Below are positions 25,885-35,406 of a stretch of 64,000 nt of DNA, one piece after another (within the stretch, counting starts at the first letter, position 1; every line of letters starts with the position of its first letter). The translations under genes were made by a program, and so were the position numbers. The stretch is from positions 285,314-349,313 of the forward strand of contig JAVYML010000003.1 of the NCBI GenBank assembly GCA_038736355.1, written 5' to 3'. This stretch comes from Candidatus Hadarchaeales archaeon (lineage in GTDB: Archaea > Hadarchaeota > Hadarchaeia > Hadarchaeales > WYZ-LMO6). The notes below the pieces were generated by a model. It was not told the origin of the DNA, searched no databases, and saw only the letters and a list, made by a program, of their open reading frames with translations.

Positions 25885-28239
25885 TCATCCCTCCTTTACC
25901 CTGATGAGCCTGGGAACTAGGGTGGGATCGGGATTGGGATTTTCAAATTCCTTCCACCCTTTCTCTTTGAGGAAGGCCATTACCTCCTCCTTCATGGTCA
26001 CTGGGATGTCGGCCACCGTCCTCACGAAAAGATGGAGATCATCCGGAAGGTCTCCGAAAAGCCTGCGGTGCAGGTCTATGTAATGGTTCAGCTTAATGGA
26101 CCTGCCCTTGGTGGTATCGCTGGCCCTCATACAAAGCTTGGGAATGGCCACCATGGCCTCTTCCACCGTTTCCGCCATGAAGAAGAGGTGCTCGGGAACG
26201 GGACCCACATAGGCCTCCTTTCCCGTTCTAGCATCTATCACCTTCCAAACCTCTCGATCTTCCTTCCTACCCAGCAAGGCCCTCCTGTATTTCGAGCCAT
26301 GAGGTCCTACGATTACAGGGATTCCCAGTCTCCAGAATCCGCTGGCTATGGAGGAGGCCTTCTGGGAGTAAGCTCCCCAGGCCACGCCCACCGCTCCCAC
26401 CCTGTTATGGATGTAATCCGCTATTTCCTCGTAGTTGGCCCTCAGCCTGCGTTTGGCGAAGATGCTGGCGATTTTGATGGCGGCACCGGCTATGTGGGAA
26501 TTGGAGACACAGGAGCCACAGTTCACGATTCCTCCCGCATCAAAGACCCCGGGATAGGTCTCGTAAAGGCTTTGCCCGTTTTCATCCCTGTACATCCCTA
26601 TGGCCATCGCCGAGCATCCTGTCGTACAGATGATGTACTTCCTCCTCGCAAACTCCTCCGCCATCCTGGCCACTTCCTTCCAGCTCCCCGGAAAGTTGGA
26701 GCAACCCACGAAAGCTACTACTCCTGGGATCTCGCCCATGACGATGGGTTGACCCACCCTTCTTATTTCGATGTCCTGAATGGCTCCCCTCCCCGTCCTC
26801 ATCTTGAACTTCTCTTCCGCAATTTCTCTCCGATGGGCCCCTACGATAAGGGTATGGGGCTTTATCCCGACGGGACAAACCCCCTCCTGCTCGCATTTCC
26901 CACATCCGACACAGGGCTCGTAGAGGTCTGAGAGGGGTTTGAGGTTCCCCCTCCCCGCCTCCGCTAAAGCTTCGGGAATGGGAAGGGTGTTCGGGCATGA
27001 CCTCACACAAGAGAAACAGGAAGTACATCTTCTAGACTCCTCCATGAGCCTCTCCTCCGTGGGGATAAGGCCCATCTTTCTCCTCTTGGGGGCTATCTGC
27101 ATCGCTACCTTCACCGCTACCTCTCCAGCTTTTTCAGGATCCAGGATGGCAGCCCCAGGAAGTTTGCCTTCCACCAAGTCCTCTACGATTTGATCCACGG
27201 GATCTTTGGTCCTGTCCGGAAGTCCCTGCAGGTTCTTGTAGTGGGTAGTGATGAGGACTGCATTCACCTTTTGGGCCTCTTGCAGAATGTCCGTCCTTAT
27301 GCATTGCTCATCCACCATGATCACATCCGCCACACCGGACCTCACGAACCTAAGCTGAAAGGAAATGGGCCCCACGATCTTGGCCTTTCTGGAATACCTG
27401 CTGAGATCGATGGCCGTACAGCAGATCCCGCAGACCTCTACCTTGTCCTCCAGGCCTGCCTTGGCCAAGTAATCAGCCACCCCTATCGCGGGTGGTACAT
27501 TGTGTCCTATCACCAAAATCACGGGTTTGGAAGAGTCTATTACCCCCATCCCCAATTCCACCAAATGAGCCTCTGGATCGGCCTTCGGAAAACCGAAAGC
27601 CGAAACCTGGGCGATGTCCGCCACCTCCATCACAACGTGGTCTATCATACCAGCGTGGAAGACCTTGGACTCAAAGTCTAGGTTGTCTCCCTCCTGCCCC
27701 GTATGAACACAGGAGAGGAGATGGACGAGTTCCGTTTCACAATAATCCAGCACGTCCTCCAAGTCCCCCAGGGTCCTGGGCTTTATTCCCGTAACCAGTC
27801 TGATGATGGGGGCTTCCAAATACACGTTTTCCCCACCCACATCCAAGGGATAATCTCTCCCGTACTTCTCTATGAGTTCATCCAACATGTGCCTCGCATG
27901 CCCACAGTGGGTAGAGGCTCCTATGCAACAGGAGAGGAGAACGATCCTGGAGAGTTGACCTCCCATGTCTATACCACAAGCTCCCCTCTTGCCCTTGCTG
28001 AGATCACACTTTCCGAAGGTACAGAGACAACAGAGATCACAAAAGGGGAGGTAGAAGGGCTTGTACCTCTTGAGGAGTCTTTTATCCCACTCCCGGAGGG
28101 AGGCTATGTCCGGCATTGGGGTGGGACCCTCTTCCTCCTCCCACTCTCTGGCCACTCTCCCCAGACTCAGTTCGAAACCCTTTGCTTTCAGCCAAGGAAG
28201 CTGGAGTTCATCCGCTCTGATCCGAAGTTTGGAACCCAA
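25885..28239 (-). CDS. cdhA: acetyl-CoA decarbonylase/synthase alpha subunit (Ni-CO dehydrogenase)
   Basis: 784 aa. N-terminal Cys clusters (CDLCCLCTFGKCDL, GACGID), inserted 2x[4Fe-4S] ferredoxin segment (CTSCFSCVRSCP, CVGCGKCEQEGVCP) and C-cluster region (GCSAMAIG, CGSCVSNSH). TTG start preceded by GGGAGGGGGG. Confidence 0.9.
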   Translation of the reverse strand: MGSKLRIRADELQLPWLKAKGFELSLGRVAREWEEEEGPTPMPDIASLREWDKRLLKRYKPFYLPFCDLCCLCTFGKCDLSKGKRGACGIDMGGQLSRIVLLSCCIGASTHCGHARHMLDELIEKYGRDYPLDVGGENVYLEAPIIRLVTGIKPRTLGDLEDVLDYCETELVHLLSCVHTGQEGDNLDFESKVFHAGMIDHVVMEVADIAQVSAFGFPKADPEAHLVELGMGVIDSSKPVILVIGHNVPPAIGVADYLAKAGLEDKVEVCGICCTAIDLSRYSRKAKIVGPISFQLRFVRSGVADVIMVDEQCIRTDILQEAQKVNAVLITTHYKNLQGLPDRTKDPVDQIVEDLVEGKLPGAAILDPEKAGEVAVKVAMQIAPKRRKMGLIPTEERLMEESRRCTSCFSCVRSCPNTLPIPEALAEAGRGNLKPLSDLYEPCVGCGKCEQEGVCPVGIKPHTLIVGAHRREIAEEKFKMRTGRGAIQDIEIRRVGQPIVMGEIPGVVAFVGCSNFPGSWKEVARMAEEFARRKYIICTTGCSAMAIGMYRDENGQSLYETYPGVFDAGGIVNCGSCVSNSHIAGAAIKIASIFAKRRLRANYEEIADYIHNRVGAVGVAWGAYSQKASSIASGFWRLGIPVIVGPHGSKYRRALLGRKEDREVWKVIDARTGKEAYVGPVPEHLFFMAETVEEAMVAIPKLCMRASDTTKGRSIKLNHYIDLHRRLFGDLPDDLHLFVRTVADIPVTMKEEVMAFLKEKGWKEFENPNPDPTLVPRLIRVKEG

Positions 28240-28294
28240 CTGCCCCCCTCCCGTCTTTTTCTTCCAAGCTCACGAAATCTTTTCCTTTGAATAG

Positions 28295-28307
28295 TTTTTT
28301 ATAAAAA
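28295..28307. promoter_or_regulatory. palindromic TATA element TTTTTTATAAAAA in the cdhA/metV divergent region
   Basis: Strongest A/T block in the 172-nt gap, 56-68 nt upstream of the cdhA start. This fits a roughly 30-nt leader carrying the GGGAGG SD-like sequence. Confidence 0.4.
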
Positions 28308-28378
28308 CTTATCGGGGGGAGGCTTCTCCCAAACGTTGGTTTCCCCTAAGACTTTGGTTCTCTTCCTTTTACCGAAAT

Positions 28379-28388
28379 CTTAAAAAGG
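28379..28388 (+). promoter_or_regulatory. TATA-like box for metV
   Basis: CTTAAAAAGG, centred about 29 nt upstream of the metV ATG (28412). Confidence 0.35.
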
Positions 28389-28411
28389 AGAAACTTCATT
28401 CCATCATCGTT

Positions 28412-29086
28412 ATGATAATCACGAGAGAGAAACCTTTGCAGGAAATTTTGGGTTTTCTACAACCTTATAAAAAGGTCTTGGTCGTGGGTTGTGATGGCTG
28501 TGTACAACCCCCCCGTAGCCTCAGGGAAAGCGAAAGGATGGCCTCCCTTATAGAGCTGGCTAGGAGTTCCTCCGGAAACCCCATTCAGATAAGTGCCACC
28601 ACCGTCAGCAGACAGTGCTGTGCGGAGGGATTGCAAAACCAGCTGAAGGTGGAGGGCTACGAGGCCCTTCTCTCGATGGCTTGCGGGGTAGGTGTGCAGG
28701 TCATGAACTCCGTTTTTCCCTCCCTTCCCACCTTCCCCGCCCAGAACACGCTCTTCATAGGTTACGAGACGAAGAGGGAGGGAGAGATGTTTGAAAATTG
28801 CAGGGCTTGCGGGGAGTGTATGCTGGGCGAGACGGGAGGGATTTGTCCCGTGGCTAGGTGTGCCAAAGGACTCATGAACGGACCCTGTGGAGGGTGTGTG
28901 GAAGGGAAATGTGAAGTGCCTGTGGAGATAAGGAACTGGAAGGGGGAGGTAGTACAGACCCTCAAAAACGACTGTGCTTGGTACCTGATTTACCAGAGGT
29001 TGAAGGAACTGAACCGTCTGGATCTCTTCCGGAAGCTCCGGCTACCCAAGAACTGGGGGATAGCCGGATACCCCAGGAGGCTCTGA
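28412..29086 (+). CDS. metV: methylenetetrahydrofolate reductase C-terminal-domain protein (MetV-like, Cys-rich)
   Basis: 224 aa. VVGCDGC, CRACGECMLGETGGICPVARCAKGLMNGPCGGCVEGKCEV and CAWYLIY motifs characteristic of the MetV/MTHFR_C family. Abuts metF. Confidence 0.75.
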   Translation: MIITREKPLQEILGFLQPYKKVLVVGCDGCVQPPRSLRESERMASLIELARSSSGNPIQISATTVSRQCCAEGLQNQLKVEGYEALLSMACGVGVQVMNSVFPSLPTFPAQNTLFIGYETKREGEMFENCRACGECMLGETGGICPVARCAKGLMNGPCGGCVEGKCEVPVEIRNWKGEVVQTLKNDCAWYLIYQRLKELNRLDLFRKLRLPKNWGIAGYPRRL

Positions 29087-30013
29087 ATGAAAAAAGCCTT
29101 CTCCAACCTGATGAAGGCCATTTCCGAAGGAAAGTTCGTGTACACGGGCGAGCTGGAACCCCACAGGAGCATAGACCTCTCGGAAGTGGAGAGCTGGGCC
29201 AGAACCCTCAAAGAGGCTGGTATCGTGGCAGCCAACGTGACCGACAATCCCAGAAGCGACTCAGCCATAAGCAGCATGGTGGCCTCCTATCTCATCCAGA
29301 GGAACACCGGATTGGAAACCATCTACCAACTGAGGACGGCCGACCGCAACAGGTTGGCCCTGCTCTCGGACGTGCTGGGTGGAGCAGCCCTGGGGCTAAG
29401 AAACATCCTAGCCCTGACCGGAGACCACACGAGGATAGGCACCACACCTTCCTCCAAACCCGTTTTCGACCTAGATTCCACCGGTCTCATCGCCCTCATC
29501 CACAAGCTGGTTTACGAGGGCAAAGACCTCGACGGCAACGAGTTGAAGGGTCCAAGGCCCGAGATCAACGTGGGCGCGGCAGCTAATCCCAACATGGACC
29601 CCCTGGAAATAGAAATCCTCAAGCTGGAACGCAAGGCGGAGGCTGGGGCTGACTTCTTCCAGACCCAAGTGGTCTTCGACGTGGAAGTGGCCAGGCGCTT
29701 TCTGAGGGAGATAGAGCATATCAAGGTTCCCACCCTCGTGGGGATCTTCCCCCCACGCTCTTATGGACAGGCCGAATTCTTTGACAAATATGTCCCGGGA
29801 GTGAGAGTGCCCAAGGAATTCATGGAGGCCTTCGCCCGCTTCAGGACCATAGAGGACAAACAGAAAAGGAGCGAGAAGATCAACGAGTATAACGTGGAAT
29901 ACTTCTCCAACTTCATCAGGGAAGTGAAAAAGGAGAGGGCCTGCGCCGGCATTCACATCATGGCAGTGGGATATCCAGAGGTGATAAAGCCCCTCATGGA
30001 GAGTGTAAAGTAG
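29087..30013 (+). CDS. metF: methylenetetrahydrofolate reductase-like protein (MetF)
   Basis: 308 aa. NVTDNPRS, TIYQLRTADRNRLAL and NILALTGDH motifs of the MTHFR TIM barrel. Confidence 0.85.
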   Translation: MKKAFSNLMKAISEGKFVYTGELEPHRSIDLSEVESWARTLKEAGIVAANVTDNPRSDSAISSMVASYLIQRNTGLETIYQLRTADRNRLALLSDVLGGAALGLRNILALTGDHTRIGTTPSSKPVFDLDSTGLIALIHKLVYEGKDLDGNELKGPRPEINVGAAANPNMDPLEIEILKLERKAEAGADFFQTQVVFDVEVARRFLREIEHIKVPTLVGIFPPRSYGQAEFFDKYVPGVRVPKEFMEAFARFRTIEDKQKRSEKINEYNVEYFSNFIREVKKERACAGIHIMAVGYPEVIKPLMESVK

Positions 30014-30020
30014 TGGGAGG

Positions 30021-31145
30021 ATGTCCACTACTCTTCTTCAGACCCTCGAGGTGAATCCAGAACTTTGCTCCGAATGCCACTTTTGTCGTTGGGCCTGTCC
30101 CTATGAGGCCATCCAGCTGGAGGTGGGAAAGAAGGAGGGAGCAAAGATAGACTTGGAAAAGTGCAGGACCTGTGGTCTGTGCTCCTCCACCTGTCCTTCT
30201 GGGGCCATTCGCGCCCTTTACTATCCCGAAGAACTCCTCCTCTCGCGTGCGCGGGTGGTGGAAACCCTCATCCTGACCTGCAGGGGGAGTTCTCCTCCCG
30301 ACCTCGAGAAGGCCGTGAGGGAGAGCGGGGTCAAAGGCAGGCCCTTGGAAATCAGGCTCCCCTGTCTGGGAAGGCTGGATGCCGGAACCATGATGAAACT
30401 CCTCTCCCAGGGGATAAGGGAACTCGTGGTGATGCCTTGCGAGGAGGAGTTCTGCCGCTTCGAAAGGGGCAGCAAGGCCCTGGAGAGGAGGTTCCTCCTC
30501 CTCAGGAAGGTCCTGTCGGAAATGGGAAGGAAGGAAGTTCTGATCCTGCGGGAAAGGTCTAGGAAGGTGATTTTCAACAAGGACAGGTGCATATGGTGTG
30601 GAACTTGTGTGGACCTCTGTCCCTACGATGCCGTGAAGCTCCTCCCCTCCCAGAGAGTGGCGGAATTCGATCTTTCTAAGTGCATGGGATGCGGGATATG
30701 CGTGGCCAGATGTCCTGCCTTCGCCATAGAGCTGGAGGGCTTCGAACGAAGTTCCTTCCTCTCGAAGGTGGGGAAGGGTGCGGGAATTTTGGTGCTCGCT
30801 TGCCAGTGGGCGGAGTTCGCATGGGGGGATGAACTGGCTGGAATGGAGCGCAGGCTTCCCGAAGGGGTGGAACTGGTCTATCTCCCTTGTCTGGGTCTCT
30901 CGGACCAGCTTTTCGTGTTGGAGGCTCTCAGGAGGGGAAGAAAGGGGGTCCTGGTTTTGGGTTGTCCTGAAGAGGAGTGCAAGCTGGAGGAAGGAAGCAA
31001 GGCTGCTTCTCGTTACCTGAAGGAATTGGAGGAAAAATTGGAACAGGTGGGGCTCTCGGGGAAGGTGAGGTTCTCCACAGCTTCCCCGCGGGATCCCACC
31101 CTCCTAGAGAAGGAGATCCTTGAATTCTCCAAACAGCTCGAGTGA
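30021..31145 (+). CDS. tandem [2x4Fe-4S ferredoxin + MvhD/FlpD-like] iron-sulfur protein
   Basis: Module 1: CSECHFCRWACP, CRTCGLCSSTCP, then IRLPCLGRLDAGTMMKLLSQGIRELVVMPCEEEFCRFERG. Module 2: CIWCGTCVDLCP, CMGCGICVARCP, then ILVLACQWAEF...LVYLPCLGLSDQLFVLEALRRGRKGVLVLGCPEEECKLEEG. The architecture is duplicated within 374 aa. Confidence 0.75.
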   Translation: MSTTLLQTLEVNPELCSECHFCRWACPYEAIQLEVGKKEGAKIDLEKCRTCGLCSSTCPSGAIRALYYPEELLLSRARVVETLILTCRGSSPPDLEKAVRESGVKGRPLEIRLPCLGRLDAGTMMKLLSQGIRELVVMPCEEEFCRFERGSKALERRFLLLRKVLSEMGRKEVLILRERSRKVIFNKDRCIWCGTCVDLCPYDAVKLLPSQRVAEFDLSKCMGCGICVARCPAFAIELEGFERSSFLSKVGKGAGILVLACQWAEFAWGDELAGMERRLPEGVELVYLPCLGLSDQLFVLEALRRGRKGVLVLGCPEEECKLEEGSKAASRYLKELEEKLEQVGLSGKVRFSTASPRDPTLLEKEILEFSKQLE

Positions 31146-31917
31146 AAAGATCGTGCTGGCCGTTTCGGGGAAAGGGGGAGTGGGGAAGAGCACCCTCTCC
31201 GCCCTCATGATAAGGATCCTCTCGGAAAGGGGAAAGGGTCCCCTGCTGGCGGTGGATGCCAACCCGGATTCCAATCTTCCCCATCTTTTGGGGATCCAGG
31301 TGGATCGAACGGTGGCCGACCTCACCTCCGAGCTGAAGGAAGAAATAGAGGAGGGCAGGCTCCCCCCCACCCTCCCAAAGAAGGACTTGCTGGAATACCG
31401 CGTGATCAAGATCTTGAAGGAAACTCCTTCCTTCGATTTGCTGGTGATGGGGAGGGGGGAAGGGGAGGGATGTTACTGCATGGTAAACAAGCTCCTCACG
31501 GATATCCTGGACACCCTCAGCAGCAACTACAGGATCACCATCATAGACGAGGATGCGGGGTTGGAACACTTAAGCAGGAGGATGGATAGGGATGTGGACG
31601 TGATGCTCGTCGTCACCGACCCAAGCTCCATGGGCTTCAGGACGGCCTCCAGGATAAAGGAGGTGGCCAAAGAAGTGCACTTGGAGTTCAAGAAGATGTA
31701 TTTGGTGGGGAACCGCTTTTCCCCCGAACAGGTCCCCCTGTTGGAGGAAAAAGCCGCGGAAATAGGGCTTGAAGTGGGTGGAGTCCTACCCCAAGATGAA
31801 AACGTCTTCCTTTTGAACCTCGCCGGCAAACCCCTTTCCGAGCTACCCCCAGACAGTCCCTCCCTCAAAGCCACCGAAAAACTCTTACAGAAATTGGGTC
31901 TCCTCGACCAAGGATGA
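31120..31917 (+). CDS. cooC: CooC/AcsF-type nickel-insertion ATPase for CODH/ACS
   Basis: P-loop VSGKGGVGKST and the CxC nickel-binding motif GEGCYCMVN. The start is uncertain (TTG 31120 or GTG about 31153). Confidence 0.85.
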   Translation: MNSPNSSSEKIVLAVSGKGGVGKSTLSALMIRILSERGKGPLLAVDANPDSNLPHLLGIQVDRTVADLTSELKEEIEEGRLPPTLPKKDLLEYRVIKILKETPSFDLLVMGRGEGEGCYCMVNKLLTDILDTLSSNYRITIIDEDAGLEHLSRRMDRDVDVMLVVTDPSSMGFRTASRIKEVAKEVHLEFKKMYLVGNRFSPEQVPLLEEKAAEIGLEVGGVLPQDENVFLLNLAGKPLSELPPDSPSLKATEKLLQKLGLLDQG

Positions 31918-32498
31918 AGCTGGCCCTGTTGATCCTGGCCGGAGGAAGGAGCGAGAGGTGGGGGAAGGAAAAGGCGCTGGTGGAGGTGGAGGGTAAGCCC
32001 CTCCTCCTCCATGTACTGGAGAGACTGGAGGGACTTTCGGAGGAAAGGATCATCTCCTCCAAACCTGGTTTGGGGTTGGAGGTAAGGGGGGTAAAATTGG
32101 TGGAGGACTTTTCGGAAGAGAAGGGGGCCGTGATAGGTCTTCTGAGTTCCCTACCCCAAGTACGCTCCGAGTACGTGGCGGTGGTGGCCTGTGATCACCC
32201 CAGGGCCAACAGGGAGGTACTCGAGAAGTTGGCGGAAAGGGCTGAAGGGCGCGACGGGGCAGTGCCTCGCTGGCCCAACGGCTACATAGAGCCCCTGTAC
32301 GCCGTCTACAAAACCGAAAGCCTCCTGAAGGCGGTGAGGGAAGCTGGAGGTGAAAAGAGGCTGAGGAAGGTACTGGAGAAACTGGATATAGTTTACGTGC
32401 CCGTGGAAGAGCTGAGGGAAGCCGATCCACAGCTCGATTGCTTCTTCAACCTCAATTCCCCCGAGGACCTCCCCCTCCTTCCCCCACGCAGATCCTGA
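31914..32498 (+). CDS. mobA: molybdenum cofactor guanylyltransferase
   Basis: 194 aa. LILAGGRSERWG...KALVEVEGKPLL N-terminus and VVACDHP. ATGA overlap with cooC. Confidence 0.8.
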   Translation: MKLALLILAGGRSERWGKEKALVEVEGKPLLLHVLERLEGLSEERIISSKPGLGLEVRGVKLVEDFSEEKGAVIGLLSSLPQVRSEYVAVVACDHPRANREVLEKLAERAEGRDGAVPRWPNGYIEPLYAVYKTESLLKAVREAGGEKRLRKVLEKLDIVYVPVEELREADPQLDCFFNLNSPEDLPLLPPRRS

Positions 32499-33573
32499 GG
32501 TCTTTGAGGAAGGAAGCGAGATGGGAGGGACGATGGTGGGGCATCACCACCAGCCTTATCCCCTCGGGAAAATCCGAGCGGGAGACCACCCATCCCCTTT
32601 CCCTCAACCTCCCTTCGAGTTCCGCGCAACTGAGCTTCTCGTGCCTGAAGACCACCACGTTCAGTTCGGGCTCCACCACTAGGCTCAGTCCCTCCACCCT
32701 CCCTATTCCCCTAGCCAACTCCTTGGCCAATTCCACACATCTTCTGGCCTCCCTTCCATCCATGAGCTTCAGGGCCATCCAAGCAGCGGCCACCGAAGCC
32801 CCAGGCCTCGTTCCCAACAAGGTGAAGGTTTTACCACCGAGATAGGAAACCTCCTCCTCCACCTCCCCCAACCATTTCCTCTCCCTGAAGAGGAGGATAC
32901 CACAGGGAATGGGAGCACCCCCCATCTTGTGGAAATCCGCCGTAAGGGAAGAAACCCCTTCCACCCCAAAATCCCATCCCTTCCTCCCCAAGAAGGGGAG
33001 CATGAAACCACCGAGGGAAGCATCCACATGCAGAAAGCATCCCCTCCTCACCGCCACTTCAGCCATTTCCCCTATGGGGTCAACCACCCCGAGGGAAGCG
33101 GTTCCGGCCGTGGCCACCAACGCTGCCGTTTTCCCATCCGTCTTTTCCTCCACTTCTTCCACATCCGCCCTGTAGTCCCTTCCCAGCCCTACCTGAACCA
33201 GCTTCAGACCCAAGAGGGAACAGGCTTTCCTGATGGAATAATGGGCGGAAAGGGGGGCCACCACCTTCCTCCTCCCCGTCACCTCCCTTGCCACCCAAAG
33301 GGCCATCAAATTTCCTTCCGTCCCCCCTGAGGTCACATAACCGCAAGCCCCTTCATGGGAAAAGAACTTGCCCGCTTCCCTCACCACCTCCTCCTCCAGC
33401 TCCCCCACACTGGGAAAGACCCTGGGATCCAGGGCGTTGGTCTCGAGGAACCTCAGATAGGCCTTCACCACTTCCTTCCGAGGAAGGGTACACATGGAAG
33501 AGAAGACCCTGCCAGAGCGGTATCCCGGATCCTTCTTCCTCTTTTCCTCGAGGTATCGGAAGTATTCCTTCAT
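32452..33573 (-). CDS. mfnA: PLP-dependent tyrosine/aspartate decarboxylase (MfnA type)
   Basis: 373 aa. GGTEGNLMALW, HVDASLGGF and the PLP-lysine region DFHKMG. Confidence 0.85.
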   Translation of the reverse strand: MKEYFRYLEEKRKKDPGYRSGRVFSSMCTLPRKEVVKAYLRFLETNALDPRVFPSVGELEEEVVREAGKFFSHEGACGYVTSGGTEGNLMALWVAREVTGRRKVVAPLSAHYSIRKACSLLGLKLVQVGLGRDYRADVEEVEEKTDGKTAALVATAGTASLGVVDPIGEMAEVAVRRGCFLHVDASLGGFMLPFLGRKGWDFGVEGVSSLTADFHKMGGAPIPCGILLFRERKWLGEVEEEVSYLGGKTFTLLGTRPGASVAAAWMALKLMDGREARRCVELAKELARGIGRVEGLSLVVEPELNVVVFRHEKLSCAELEGRLRERGWVVSRSDFPEGIRLVVMPHHRPSHLASFLKDLRICVGEGGGGPRGN

Positions 33574-34433
33574 TCCTTCACCAGATGATCCAAGAGCATC
33601 GCCGCCACATTTTCCTTTCTCACCGACTGCAGTCCCTTCCAGCCTGGAATGGCATTCACCTCCACCACATACTTCTCACCCCCCTCCCCCACGAGTAAGT
33701 CAACCCCTGCGTAAACGCATCCCGTGACTTCCCTCGCCTTGAGGGCCATTTCCCTGCTCTCCTCATCCGGCTCCCAAGCTTGGGGGTTCGCCCCGGCCGA
33801 AACGTTGGTCTTCCATCCCTCCCCCACCCTCCTCATGCCCAGGATCCTTTCGCCTATCACGAAGAGCCTGAAGTCCCAGTTCCCATGGGGAACGAACTTC
33901 TGCACGTAGAAAACCGATCTCCCGTATTCGAGCACGGAGAAAAGACGATAGGCCAAGTCCTTCTCCCCCACCCTCACCATTCCCGCCCCCAGGGAACCGA
34001 AAAGGGGTTTCACCACCACTTCCCCATACCTCTCAAAGGCCTTCCTCGCCTCCGATCTCTTCTCCGTCACCACCGTGGGTGGAACCGGGAGACCCGCATC
34101 CTCGAGCAGGGAATTGGTATAGAATTTGTCCGCACACTTTTCTATCGCAGAGGGTGGATTCACCACCCTTACCCCCAAGTTTTCCAGCCTGTGGAGGACG
34201 TCCATCCTGAAAACGAGCTGTTCCGCAGAGCCCTTGGGCACCCACCTCACCAACAGGAGATCGAATTCCTCCAAGTCCCTTCCGAGACAGGTTACCCTCG
34301 GTCTTTCCCCCAGCCTCGCCACCACCTCCTGGAGGGGGAACTCAAAACATTCCCATCCCCTCCTCCTCGCTTCCTCCTTCAGCCTTTCCACGTTCCAATC
34401 GGGTCTTCCTGAAGTGAAGATGCCCAACTTCAA
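33570..34433 (-). CDS. RimK-type ATP-grasp ligase (MfnD, MptN or CofF class)
   Basis: 287 aa. ATP-grasp motifs (VVKPLFGSLGAGMVRV, YVQKF, EVNAIPGWKGL). The 4-nt overlap with mfnA favours a methanofuran (MfnD-like) role, but this is inferred from context only. Confidence 0.7.
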   Translation of the reverse strand: MKLGIFTSGRPDWNVERLKEEARRRGWECFEFPLQEVVARLGERPRVTCLGRDLEEFDLLLVRWVPKGSAEQLVFRMDVLHRLENLGVRVVNPPSAIEKCADKFYTNSLLEDAGLPVPPTVVTEKRSEARKAFERYGEVVVKPLFGSLGAGMVRVGEKDLAYRLFSVLEYGRSVFYVQKFVPHGNWDFRLFVIGERILGMRRVGEGWKTNVSAGANPQAWEPDEESREMALKAREVTGCVYAGVDLLVGEGGEKYVVEVNAIPGWKGLQSVRKENVAAMLLDHLVKE

Positions 34434-34452
34434 GCGTGCTCCCTCAGGGGAA

Positions 34453-35406
34453 TCAAGGCCTGAGGCCCAAAGATTTTTCCAGCACCTCTTCGTTGATCTT
34501 ACCCGCGTGGAACACCCTACCCGTTTTGAGGTTGTTCACGAAGATCTCCGCGGGGGAGAAGAGTTTAGGATCTATTTTGAAGAAGTCCCTCTGGTATCTC
34601 TCGAAGAGTTCTAGGAAGGGGACTCCGTAGTCCCTGGAGGAACTGGAGGGAACCTGCTCTATCACCCTCTCCACCTCCTCGTCCTCCGCTTCAACGAAAT
34701 AGACCGTTCTCCCACCGTAAAGCACACAATCGTTGGTCTTTCCCATGGCCTCGAGATCGTTCTTGGCCACGGGTGCGATGGGGGCCTTACCCAACCCGCT
34801 CACGATCTTTTGGAGCGGGAAACCCACTTCATGGAGCTTGTGGACTCCCGTCTCCACCACCCTTGCGGAGATCTGGATGCTCCCAACCAAACTGGCCGTG
34901 GGTGCCACGACCAACGTAAGGTTCTCGGGTTTCACACCGCAGCGCTGAGCCACTACCTCCGCCACCCTCTCGTCCGGGAGTTTCCTGGTTTCGAGGGTGA
35001 GCACCGCCACCTCACTCTCATCTTTATAACCGAGCTCCTCGAAGAGCTTCTCCACCCTGGCCAAGGCCCTGGCAGGGCCAGAACCCATGGCGAAGTACTT
35101 CTCCACCTTCACCGCCCATCCAGCGTATTGGGAAGCCATGCAGGAGATGAGGGGAAAGTCCGTCCTCACGAAGACCCAGGGGATTCTTTCCACCCTCACT
35201 TCCACTTTTCCCAGTCCGCCCATACAAATCTCCGAGAAGGCTATTCCCGCTTCCACGCTTCCGGGAACTTCCACCCCAGCATCGATTACCGTCGCACCGT
35301 TTCCCAACTTCTTTACCCTTATCTTCAGCTCCTCTTCCCTCCTCACCATCTCTTCCACTATCCTTTGGGCCCTCCTGTTCACGCTCAGCAAGTTCCTTCC
35401 CTCCAC
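34453..35406 (-). CDS. mch: methenyltetrahydromethanopterin cyclohydrolase
   Basis: 317 aa. SVNRRAQRIVEEM...LGNGATVIDAGVEVPGSVEAG N-terminus and overall length typical of Mch. Confidence 0.9.
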   Translation of the reverse strand: MEGRNLLSVNRRAQRIVEEMVRREEELKIRVKKLGNGATVIDAGVEVPGSVEAGIAFSEICMGGLGKVEVRVERIPWVFVRTDFPLISCMASQYAGWAVKVEKYFAMGSGPARALARVEKLFEELGYKDESEVAVLTLETRKLPDERVAEVVAQRCGVKPENLTLVVAPTASLVGSIQISARVVETGVHKLHEVGFPLQKIVSGLGKAPIAPVAKNDLEAMGKTNDCVLYGGRTVYFVEAEDEEVERVIEQVPSSSSRDYGVPFLELFERYQRDFFKIDPKLFSPAEIFVNNLKTGRVFHAGKINEEVLEKSLGLRP

